From contig CAKOJR010000002.1 in the NCBI GenBank assembly GCA_934090735.1, positions 138,788 to 202,787 of the forward strand: a stretch of 64,000 nt of DNA. Direction: 5' to 3'. The notes below the pieces were generated by a model. The model saw nothing but the letters and a program-made list of their open reading frames with translations, was not told the DNA's origin and searched no databases. Origin of the DNA: an uncultured Bacilli bacterium (GTDB taxonomy: Bacteria; Bacillota_I; Bacilli_A; RF39; UBA660). Shown here piece by piece: positions 19,028 to 26,535 of this stretch. The stretch's first letter is position 1. Each line of letters starts with the position of its first letter. Position numbers and translations under genes: made by a program.

Positions 19028-19577
19028 TACTCATCACCGTCCCATACTCATTTTTCTTTCCTCCATTAAGGAAGTTTTGTAGCAAAAATTTTAAGTCATC
19101 ATCACTTGCTTGTCTTGAATTTAAGCCGCAACCGGCTAAGTTTGCAATCATGGTTTGAACTCTTTTTTGAACTACGTCTAGTCTTTTATCTCTAAATAAG
19201 AAAAAGTATTCTGTATCGACAGCGCTAATACTGCTTCCACTAAACATTTCGGCTTTTTGAATGTCTTGATTAATTAGTTTTCTTACAGCCTGATTTTGTG
19301 CATTATCGTATTGTAATTGTAGTTGGGATAGATACAATTTGATATCTACTGGTCTATCTGCTACTACTAGCCAGAATTCATAGTCTAGTGTGTTATAAAA
19401 ATTTCTTAAATTAAAGATTATGGTATTTTGAGTTTGATAATCAAGGATAAAGATATTTTTTGGTTCTACCTTTATACCTGTAACATAATAATTGTTATTT
19501 AGGATTATCATTCCATTTTGAATGGCTTTAACTGGTACCCAATCTTCAGAATACTTACTTGTCATCTGTTTTGCCAT
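19020..19577 (-). CDS. VirB4-family N-terminal domain encoded as a separate, translationally coupled ORF
   Basis: Start set at MAKQMTSKY (AAGGTTGGTG SD 8 nt upstream). Sequence WVPVKAIQNGMIILNNNYYVTGIKVEPKNIFILD resembles the N-terminus of full-length Gram-positive VirB4. Stop overlaps the next ATG (ATGTCTAA). 185+596 aa approximates a normal VirB4 length. Confidence 0.6.
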   Translation of the reverse strand: MAKQMTSKYSEDWVPVKAIQNGMIILNNNYYVTGIKVEPKNIFILDYQTQNTIIFNLRNFYNTLDYEFWLVVADRPVDIKLYLSQLQLQYDNAQNQAVRKLINQDIQKAEMFSGSSISAVDTEYFFLFRDKRLDVVQKRVQTMIANLAGCGLNSRQASDDDLKFLLQNFLNGGKKNEYGTVMSNV

Positions 19578-19878
19578 AACTATTACACCAACCTTTCCAA
19601 TAATAAACTCGATTATTTGTATAATATGTAAATACGTTTTTAATAAATGTTCGTACGTTATGCTGATTTGGTAAAGGTACAATTAAGAACGTACAAATTA
19701 GTGCCGGGCAAAGTATTATAAGTGCTGTTTTTAAGTTATTTGTAGGTATTGATAGCATAAGTACGAAGCTTATTACAACACCACTTATAAATATGATTAA
19801 ATCCGTTGTATTAAATAACCCAAGTATTAACATTGATTTTTTTGAGTTTGCCGGTATCAAGTAATTATTATTATCCAC
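19555..19878 (-). CDS. VirB3/PrgI-like small membrane protein
   Basis: 107 aa. GTG start with AGGAGG 8 nt upstream. Two hydrophobic helices. Lies immediately upstream of VirB4, as VirB3/PrgI does. Confidence 0.45.
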   Translation of the reverse strand: MDNNNYLIPANSKKSMLILGLFNTTDLIIFISGVVISFVLMLSIPTNNLKTALIILCPALICTFLIVPLPNQHNVRTFIKNVFTYYTNNRVYYWKGWCNSYGKTDDK

Positions 19879-19895
19879 TTTTTATTCCTCCTTTA

Positions 19896-20342
19896 TTAAA
19901 TTGATTTCCCTAGATGAAATTCTAATATCTTTTTATTTTCTTGCGCTACTATGTAGTTAGCTAGATATTCTTTAACTTTTAAGTGGTTACCATAGTCTGG
20001 TACAATTAAACCATTCCTTTTTGCTTGGATAGTCTTTCCTCTAAGATATTTATCAATTTCTCTTTGAATCCTTTCAGCTAATTCCTTTGGAATTGCTTCA
20101 TATAAACGTAATTTTTTCACTAAAAAGTAATTTCTTATTTCAGTTTGACTTTTACCTTTAAATTGACCTTCAAGTTTACCACCTTGATAATCAACTAATG
20201 TTGATTTAAGAGCTTCTTCAATTGAATTCAGTACGTCTTCATCAGCAAGTTGCCAATAGTAATCACTTAATTCAATATATTTTTTACAAAATACTAAATC
20301 ATTTTCCCTTTGAGGCCCATTTATAAAACTATCTATACTCAT
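19896..20342 (-). CDS. hypothetical cytoplasmic protein, T4SS cluster
   Basis: 148 aa, no TM. Start shares one nt with the stop of the upstream VirB6-like gene (TAATG coupling). No motif recognised. Confidence 0.4.
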   Translation of the reverse strand: MSIDSFINGPQRENDLVFCKKYIELSDYYWQLADEDVLNSIEEALKSTLVDYQGGKLEGQFKGKSQTEIRNYFLVKKLRLYEAIPKELAERIQREIDKYLRGKTIQAKRNGLIVPDYGNHLKVKEYLANYIVAQENKKILEFHLGKSI

Positions 20343-22426
20343 TATTTTTTATCCTTCTGTTTTTCTACTGTGCTTGCAAATGTATTTGCTTTAACTTGTT
20401 TATTAATTGCTTTAGAAACATCTCTAAGTTTTGCTATATCATCAGGTGTTGCCAGTTGCTCACTTGCTCTAGTGAAAATTTCACCCAACTCATCTATACT
20501 GGTTATACCATTTGCAGCAAGAACTGCTTTTCTCGCTTCATCTCCTAATGTGTTAAGTGTTTTTTCCATTTGTGAGCATATTATCTTGCCTTCGTCCTTT
20601 AGTGCACTTCCAAATGCTGCATCGTTAAACTTTTGTTCTAATGTTTCTCTTTGTAGTTCCTCAAAATGAGCATTAATTATACCATCATCTAAATTAGTTA
20701 CTGGCACGGCTGTTCCTGCAGCATATAATGTTCCATCTTTTCCTTTAATTTCTTTTCTAAACCTAACACTTTTACCATTTTGATAATCTTTTAATGCACC
20801 TTTTCTTGCGCTTTCAGTTTCTGGATCTGTAAATGCATCAAATAGTGTTGTGAATTTTGATTTCATCGCTTGAGCTGCTGCTAGTTTTTCATTTGAAACT
20901 CCCCTATTATTAAGGAAATTATCAAGATTGTTAATTTTTCCTGAAACCCATGTCTTAGGGTCTTGAGTAGCTGCTTGTGCTTCTGAAACTACTGTATCTT
21001 TTAGATGAACTGCTTTGCCAGGAATTGCTCTTACATCATTTTTAATTGCATTGATATCTGCAATTTCTTGAGTTCTTGCATTTCTGATAGCACCTTTTAC
21101 TTCGCTCCAGTCACTAACATTACCATTTTGCCATCCTCTACGTCCTGCGTTAAGTGCTGTAGGAACAACTCCTGCTAAACCAAGTGCACCTCTGGCTAGT
21201 CCACGGGCAATGTGTCTTTGACCTTTTTGATCTTTTTTAAATCCTTCAACAAATGCTTTTCCACTGTTAAATAGTGATTGAGGCACTCTTGCTGCTACTG
21301 CACCGCCAAGTGTTGCTGCTCTTTTTGCATATTCATTATCATTAAGTTTTTTCTTGATTGACATTTCTGGTATTTTAATACTAAATATTTCTTCGATAAG
21401 TTTTGGGGCATCTTTAGCAAATTTTAAGATTCCTAAGATTACAACTACGGTTGCTACTATGTTTACTAAGGCACTACCACCACTAGCAAATACGTTAATA
21501 TCAGATACAAACCCGATTAAGAGCATTGCAAAGTTTATAATAATTATTCTTTCAAATATTTGTAGATATGTTTTAGAGAACTCACCAAACCATTTGTCGA
21601 ATACGCCACCTTTTGGTTTTGTTATTCTTAATAGTATTGGAACAGGTGCGATTAATTTTAGTGCCCCTAGTTTAGCTGCTCTTACTCCTAAATCTAATGA
21701 GAATGATAAGAATAGATATGCTGCTACTACACCTGCAATGGTACTTAATGGGAATAGGTATTCCATTTTTTCATCACTGATGCCTTGTCTTAAATCTGGA
21801 TCTTTAAAGAAACGATAAAGACCAGTCATACTATTTTTTCCTTCTTCTGCAAGTTCTCTATAATGTTCGCACATTTCTATTGATGAGTCTTCACATTCAA
21901 CTAAAGTAACTGCTTCTTTATTTTCATTAAGTGGATGATAAAAAGCAGTAAAAATTGTTACAGAAACATTTAATGCTCCTTTAGTCGTTCCATTTTCTCC
22001 TGAGTCACTGGCAGTTGATCCCATTATAAGATTACCTAATGTGTTGTTTTCAACAATATGGTCTTGGAATATCTGCATATACTCGCAAATTAATGGGAAT
22101 AATGTAACTAAAACTATTGATATAATGGTATTTTGAATAATATTCTTAATTGATTTATCACCTTTATTTAATTGATCCGGGTCAATTATGGAAAGAATGA
22201 TATTGTATGCGAAAACAAAAAGCATTACGATACCAATTATCGTATATATTCTTCTTGATATAACGCCTACGTTTTCTGTTGTAAATACTTCTACTTTACT
22301 AACTACTTCAAATAGCTGGTAACATACATTTATAATCATGTATATAACATAATCTATTGATAGAAGAATCCCATAAAAAATATTGGCTGCCCAGGTTCCG
22401 AATCCAGCTCCTGTTAGTATTCCCAT
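20342..22426 (-). CDS. VirB6/TrbL/PrgH-like polytopic membrane protein with large hydrophilic C-terminal domain
   Basis: Start at MGILTGAG (AGGAGG 7 nt upstream). About 6-7 TM helices in the first ~370 aa, then a Lys/Ala-rich soluble half. Assignment from topology, size and position only. Confidence 0.45.
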   Translation of the reverse strand: MGILTGAGFGTWAANIFYGILLSIDYVIYMIINVCYQLFEVVSKVEVFTTENVGVISRRIYTIIGIVMLFVFAYNIILSIIDPDQLNKGDKSIKNIIQNTIISIVLVTLFPLICEYMQIFQDHIVENNTLGNLIMGSTASDSGENGTTKGALNVSVTIFTAFYHPLNENKEAVTLVECEDSSIEMCEHYRELAEEGKNSMTGLYRFFKDPDLRQGISDEKMEYLFPLSTIAGVVAAYLFLSFSLDLGVRAAKLGALKLIAPVPILLRITKPKGGVFDKWFGEFSKTYLQIFERIIIINFAMLLIGFVSDINVFASGGSALVNIVATVVVILGILKFAKDAPKLIEEIFSIKIPEMSIKKKLNDNEYAKRAATLGGAVAARVPQSLFNSGKAFVEGFKKDQKGQRHIARGLARGALGLAGVVPTALNAGRRGWQNGNVSDWSEVKGAIRNARTQEIADINAIKNDVRAIPGKAVHLKDTVVSEAQAATQDPKTWVSGKINNLDNFLNNRGVSNEKLAAAQAMKSKFTTLFDAFTDPETESARKGALKDYQNGKSVRFRKEIKGKDGTLYAAGTAVPVTNLDDGIINAHFEELQRETLEQKFNDAAFGSALKDEGKIICSQMEKTLNTLGDEARKAVLAANGITSIDELGEIFTRASEQLATPDDIAKLRDVSKAINKQVKANTFASTVEKQKDKK

Positions 22427-22437
22427 AGTTGTTCCTC

Positions 22438-22785
22438 CTACTCTATACAAGTTGTGTATCTATCATTGATGAAGCTTAATAAAAGATTTAATAATATTGG
22501 TAAAAAGAATAATACTGCTACTAGGATAAGTCTTGTCGTAAGTTTTTTATTGACTTTTTTATATTCTTCTGGGTCTTTATTTACTAATGCAACTATGTAG
22601 TCATAAGTTGAATAAGCAATTACTAATATTGGGCCTATTATTTTCATGTATTTAAAAATATTTGTTAAGTCTTCCATTGTTGATTCGCCTAATAAACCAG
22701 AACATGTTTCTTCTGATAAAGCATATACATTATTATTTATTGTTAAAATTAAACCTAGTATTATAAGCCAAGCCTTTTTTTTCAT
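22438..22785 (-). CDS. VirB2/TrbC-like two-helix hairpin protein, paralogue 3
   Basis: Signal peptide MKKKAWLIILGLILTINNNVYA. Motifs YMKIIGPILVIA and KKLTTRLILVAVLFFLPI ... FIND ... C, shared with ORFs 23866-24192 and 26122-26535. Confidence 0.4.
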   Translation of the reverse strand: MKKKAWLIILGLILTINNNVYALSEETCSGLLGESTMEDLTNIFKYMKIIGPILVIAYSTYDYIVALVNKDPEEYKKVNKKLTTRLILVAVLFFLPILLNLLLSFINDRYTTCIE

Positions 22786-22812
22786 ATTAATCAAACCTCT
22801 ATATACACTATA

Positions 22813-22841
22813 ATTTTAATATAAATTCAATTATATTGCAA
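22813..22841 (-). promoter_or_regulatory. putative sigma-A promoter of the T4SS core operon
   Basis: Minus strand TTGCAA-N17-TAAAAT, about 25 nt upstream of the 22785 start. AT-rich genome, so chance matches are common. Confidence 0.35.
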
Positions 22842-22863
22842 GAAAAAATGCTGTAATTAGTTT

Positions 22864-23763
22864 TTATTCGGGTGCTATCTCATTTTTGTATTTTAGCTTA
22901 TAAATATTTGTGGTTTCAATGTATAATGCTTGTCTTCCCATTGAGTCATAACTTTTATTAAATTTTTCTCTTGAAACTTTAATATTTTTTTCGTCTTTTA
23001 AAGGGTCATTGATAAAATAATAGTCTTTATCCATACCTACAATTACTACTACATGAGCATTTTTAGGATATGTATAGGTTTTTGATTTATCATAACTAAA
23101 CCATTCATAAACTTCTTTGACTTCGCTGTAATCGGTTGTTGTCCATACTAAGACTGGATTACCACTTTGAACATACTCTTCTAAAGGTCTTTTATCATCT
23201 GAAGTATAAACATGACCTACTGTATCTTCTGGAAGCATTTTTTTAAAAATTGTATATATAGAATTTTTTATTACGGGTAAAAAAGTTCCCCATCCGCCTT
23301 TTTCACTGCTTGGGTCTCCTGCATAAAACTCGCTTGGATCTGGGCCAAAACGGACTCCATTATTTTCATAAACTTCTGCTTTTGGTAAAAAAGAATCAAC
23401 GTATTCTTCCATTGCAATGTCAATGCCTGCATATTTTAATAGCATGGTAGCACTTGCTACTTCACAACCGTTAGGATAGTCAGGATTTTGTTTTACTAAT
23501 GGAAAATTGTTAGTGATGTAACTATATTGTAATTTGCTGTAATAGCTATCTAAAATGTCTTCATAGTCGTAAATACTATAATTGCTTCCTTTCTTTGATA
23601 ATATTAACCTGTTAGTGTAATAATCATCTTTTAATGATGGAATTATTGCATGTTTTAATTTATCTTTTTCTCTTGTATATAGTTTATACCATACGAAATT
23701 ATTAGATATTATTATAATTATTAAGATACTAATTATTATTGTTTTATATTCTTTCTTCTTCAT
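22864..23763 (-). CDS. membrane-anchored C39-like (YvpB-type) cysteine peptidase
   Basis: 299 aa. N-terminal TM. QNPDYPNGCEVASATMLLKYAGI (catalytic Cys context) and NAHVVVIVGMD ... NDP (His/Asp region) fit the Peptidase_C39_2 pattern. Confidence 0.55.
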   Translation of the reverse strand: MKKKEYKTIIISILIIIIISNNFVWYKLYTREKDKLKHAIIPSLKDDYYTNRLILSKKGSNYSIYDYEDILDSYYSKLQYSYITNNFPLVKQNPDYPNGCEVASATMLLKYAGIDIAMEEYVDSFLPKAEVYENNGVRFGPDPSEFYAGDPSSEKGGWGTFLPVIKNSIYTIFKKMLPEDTVGHVYTSDDKRPLEEYVQSGNPVLVWTTTDYSEVKEVYEWFSYDKSKTYTYPKNAHVVVIVGMDKDYYFINDPLKDEKNIKVSREKFNKSYDSMGRQALYIETTNIYKLKYKNEIAPE

Positions 23764-23769
23764 ATTTAG

Positions 23770-23778
23770 ATTATAACA
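23770..23778 (-). promoter_or_regulatory. extended -10 element (TGTTATAAT) 6 nt upstream of the C39-like ATG; possible leaderless transcript
   Basis: Minus strand ...GCTTATGTTATAATCTAAATATG. No Shine-Dalgarno between the -10 and the ATG. Confidence 0.3.
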
Positions 23779-23834
23779 TAAGCTATATTATTTGTATTTG
23801 CAAATATAAATATTTTACATTACTATACTTATAA

Positions 23835-23862
23835 CTAAAAAAAATCTCAATAATTTGAGATT
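23835..23862 (-). terminator. rho-independent terminator after the 108-aa VirB2-like gene
   Basis: Minus strand AATCTCAA-ATTA-TTGAGATT (8-bp stem) followed by T8. Confidence 0.7.
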
Positions 23863-23865
23863 TTC

Positions 23866-24192
23866 TTAGTCGCAATTCCAAGGACTTAAAATACAATCTT
23901 GGCATTTTTTGAAATTATCTATTGGCATATCTTTATATCCATTGATAGTACCAAATAACCACATTACTACAGTTGGTACGAAGAAAATTAGTACACCAGC
24001 AATAGCACGATACATTAAACGCTTACTAGCTACTTTAATATCATCATCTTTGCTTCCAACAACTGCTTTTCCTAAATCAAACATACCATATCCAATAATT
24101 AATAGTGGAATAGCTATTTTAAATATTGTTAAGATCCAACCAAGAAATCCTAATACGTCTGCTGCTTGATCACAAAATCCGGTAACGTTCAT
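23866..24192 (-). CDS. VirB2/TrbC-like two-helix hairpin protein, paralogue 2 (no signal peptide)
   Basis: 108 aa. FCDQ...IFKIAIPLLIIGYG...SKRLMYRAIAGVLIFFVPT...TINGY...KKCQDCILSPWNCD. AGGGAG SD upstream. Confidence 0.4.
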   Translation of the reverse strand: MNVTGFCDQAADVLGFLGWILTIFKIAIPLLIIGYGMFDLGKAVVGSKDDDIKVASKRLMYRAIAGVLIFFVPTVVMWLFGTINGYKDMPIDNFKKCQDCILSPWNCD

Positions 24193-24251
24193 AATTCACA
24201 TCTCCCTTACATAATTAAATTTTATCTAAATTTTTCGTTATTGTCAACAAA

Positions 24252-25322
24252 TTATTTAAAAAGGCCGAAAAAACTTGTACTTCCTTGTTTTCCAAAACCT
24301 AATTTAAGTAGTAATTTATCAACAACAAGTAATCTTTCTGCTCGGTCGTTAATTGCCGGCATATTGTAGTATACTTTGAATTTTGTTTCGTATTCAAAGT
24401 TTGATAATTCATCATCCTTTATTGCACTTTGATTAAGTATTATTTTTCCACCTGCTATTTTTTCTCTAATGTTAATGTCTTTTTTTAGTGCTTTATTTAA
24501 AGTTATTATTCCAGGTTTTACTAAATATAAAATGTCATGACAAAGATTTTTCTCTTCTAATCCATTTAAGTCTATTAAGATTATTTCGGTATCTCTAGCA
24601 ATATTTATTTTATATTTAAGATCCTCTATTGATGTACAGAATGTAATATCTCCATCTTTAAAATAAATTGAGTCTTGTTTAAACATTTCAAATGCTTTGA
24701 CTTTATAATTTATTCTTAATTGTTTTAACATCATGTACATTAGAGTTGTAGATCCTGCATGGTCGGTTACATTTTGGATTCCAATAATTCTAGCGCTTGT
24801 TTTTATTGATTCTGCTTCTTTGACGTATCCTGGATTGTAGTCATTATTTGGATAGTAGTTATTTTGGTATGATTGGTTACCAAACGTATTTGGACCCATC
24901 TGATTTACTGCTATGCTTTGACTTTGACTTTGATTTAAACTATCTAAATATTTACTAACGTCATTTAGTGTGTTTGGGTGTGACAGAAGATAGTTTATAC
25001 CAGCCGCATTTCTAGTAAAGTTGTAGTAGCCATTTTGCACTAGAAGTGTTAGGTAGCTACTACTATTTACTAATTCACTGTTGTTAAGCAGAAGAACTGT
25101 CTTATTTGGGCCAAAGAAACTTAAGAACCTTAAAACTTCTTTGATATCAAAGTAGTTTTTTATAGCGGTTATATCGATTACGGCATTATTATAAAATAGG
25201 TTACCTAGCTGTTCTTCGATGGACTCTCTAGTAAACTCTCCTGTAACAGTTTTAATTGAGTTGATATCGACACTATCAATTATTTTACTATTTTGATTTT
25301 TAATTATTATGTTTATATTCAT
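24252..25322 (-). CDS. TadZ/CpaE-like protein: receiver-like N-domain + MinD/ParA-fold domain with degenerate P-loop
   Basis: 356 aa. N-terminal beta-alpha pattern (INIIIKN, AVIDITA, KTVLLLN), Q/N-rich linker. RIIGIQNVTDHAGSTTLMYMMLKQL sits in place of KGGxGK(T/S)T, followed by EIILIDLNG and KIILNQS strands. Confidence 0.4.
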   Translation of the reverse strand: MNINIIIKNQNSKIIDSVDINSIKTVTGEFTRESIEEQLGNLFYNNAVIDITAIKNYFDIKEVLRFLSFFGPNKTVLLLNNSELVNSSSYLTLLVQNGYYNFTRNAAGINYLLSHPNTLNDVSKYLDSLNQSQSQSIAVNQMGPNTFGNQSYQNNYYPNNDYNPGYVKEAESIKTSARIIGIQNVTDHAGSTTLMYMMLKQLRINYKVKAFEMFKQDSIYFKDGDITFCTSIEDLKYKINIARDTEIILIDLNGLEEKNLCHDILYLVKPGIITLNKALKKDINIREKIAGGKIILNQSAIKDDELSNFEYETKFKVYYNMPAINDRAERLLVVDKLLLKLGFGKQGSTSFFGLFK

Positions 25323-25334
25323 GTTAAATCTCCA

Positions 25335-25811
25335 TTAATCTGGGCTATCATAGCCATTATCATTTGCAAAATATATTGGCTTAGTTTCACCTGTTATTGG
25401 AAATGTAAATATTTCTCCAAAAATAGGTAAATCCACTCTAAAAAAGACAGTTACTTTATAATAATTTTTTTGAATATTACCATTATTATCAATAATCCTC
25501 GCAATACAGTATTTGTATCTATTTAAATTTACTGAGCTTCTTTCAAATCCTCTTGCACTATCAAGGTTAGATACATCTGCATAAGTTGGACAAGTACTGT
25601 AAACTACGTATCCTACCGAACTTAAATAGTCTTTGATTTCATCTTTGGTAGTTACGCTTACTCCTTCATTTTTTTCAACAATATTAACAATGCCATTTTT
25701 TACTTTAAAAGCTTTAGAATAATTAATGGATAATGCTAGAAAACTAGTAAAAAGTACTATAAAGACAATAACGATAGTGAAAAGCCAGGTTCCACCTATC
25801 GATTCTCTCAT
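25335..25811 (-). CDS. membrane-anchored protein with prepilin-like leader (pseudopilin/TadE-like topology)
   Basis: 158 aa. MRESIGG then hydrophobic TWLFTIVIVFIVLFTSF. Shares M[KR]ExxG and FTSF with the 79-aa ORF upstream. Confidence 0.25.
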   Translation of the reverse strand: MRESIGGTWLFTIVIVFIVLFTSFLALSINYSKAFKVKNGIVNIVEKNEGVSVTTKDEIKDYLSSVGYVVYSTCPTYADVSNLDSARGFERSSVNLNRYKYCIARIIDNNGNIQKNYYKVTVFFRVDLPIFGEIFTFPITGETKPIYFANDNGYDSPD

Positions 25812-25821
25812 ATGTTATATC

Positions 25822-26061
25822 CTATTCTTCTTTATTTGGACATTGTACTGGTTGTATAGCGTTGTTTTCATCTAAATATGAACAATCACATAACTCTGCA
25901 CCTTCGGTACACTCACAGTTGAATGCTTGAGAACAGTTGGCACTTCTTGTAATGTTTGCTCTAATTGAAGGCCAAATAAATGAAGTAAATACTACTCCTA
26001 TTGCAGCAATTGCAACTACTGCTACCGCAGTCATACTTAATTCACCTGATGCTTCTTTCAT
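25822..26061 (-). CDS. small pilin-like protein: short charged leader, hydrophobic helix, six-Cys C-terminal region
   Basis: 79 aa. MKEASGELSMTAVAVVAIAAIGVVFTSF, then NCSQAFNCECTEGAELCDC...QC. Strong AAGGAGG SD. Confidence 0.3.
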   Translation of the reverse strand: MKEASGELSMTAVAVVAIAAIGVVFTSFIWPSIRANITRSANCSQAFNCECTEGAELCDCSYLDENNAIQPVQCPNKEE

Positions 26062-26086
26062 TATTATTCCTCCTTATCTTAAAATA

Positions 26087-26115
26087 ATTATATAATAAAA
26101 AGAATTGTAAATCAA
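26087..26115 (-). promoter_or_regulatory. putative sigma-A promoter for the 79-aa/158-aa/TadZ-like/108-aa unit
   Basis: Minus strand TTGATT-N17-TATAAT, overlapping the terminator hairpin at 26097-26120. SD and ATG follow within ~25 nt. Confidence 0.4.
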
Positions 26116-26120
26116 TTCTT
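26097..26120 (-). terminator. rho-independent terminator after the 137-aa VirB2-like gene
   Basis: Minus strand AAGAATTG-ATTTA-CAATTCTT (8-bp stem) followed by TTTAT. Confidence 0.55.
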
Positions 26121-26121
26121 T

Positions 26122-26535
26122 TTAACAATTATTTGGGTGAAATAGACACTCCGTACATGTTTCATATTCACCTTGATAATTTGTCCAGTCATTGATGGTT
26201 GATAGAGCAATATCAAGGATAGTTGGAAGTAAAATTATAATAACACCTGTGAGAATTCTTTTACCTAATGTTTGGGTACATTTTTTAAGTTCATCTTCTT
26301 TTCCTTCTTTAACGCCATTATAGAAGATAAATGCACCTTGACCAATTATTATTAGGGGTACAAATAATTTTATAAACATAATTATGTAACCAACAAATCG
26401 CATTACATTTTGAACTTCTTCTTTAGCGCACATGTTTTCTGCTACTGCTTCGGCATTTACAGATAGTGGCATGATTAATAATATTAAAAGAAGAAATTTT
26501 AAGTATCTTTTTTTATTCGTAGTCATAATTATCAT
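26122..26535 (-). CDS. VirB2/TrbC-like two-helix hairpin protein, paralogue 1
   Basis: 137 aa. Signal peptide ...LLIMPLSVNA. MCAKEE...FIKLFVPLIIIGQG...GKRILTGVIIILLPT...TINDW...TCTECLFHPNNC. Start overlaps the end of the upstream adhesin gene. Confidence 0.4.
   Translation of the reverse strand: MIIMTTNKKRYLKFLLLILLIMPLSVNAEAVAENMCAKEEVQNVMRFVGYIIMFIKLFVPLIIIGQGAFIFYNGVKEGKEDELKKCTQTLGKRILTGVIIILLPTILDIALSTINDWTNYQGEYETCTECLFHPNNC

Noticed and set aside
19578-19682. N-terminal 35-aa extension of the VirB4 N-domain ORF (track start 19682)
   Set aside because: The extension overlaps most of the 3' end of the VirB3-like ORF in another frame and has no SD. MAKQ at 19575-19577 has AAGGTTGGTG 8 nt upstream. 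Similar trimming was applied at 1601, 3772, 12314, 22426, 22785, 27664, 33377, 45397, 51751, 58847 and 63326.
25822-26061. Calling the 79-aa protein a bona fide Flp pilin
   Set aside because: It lacks the G/xxxxEY processing motif and lacks Glu at +5. The resemblance is limited to a short leader, a Gly and a hydrophobic helix. It is kept only as a hypothesis in the findings.
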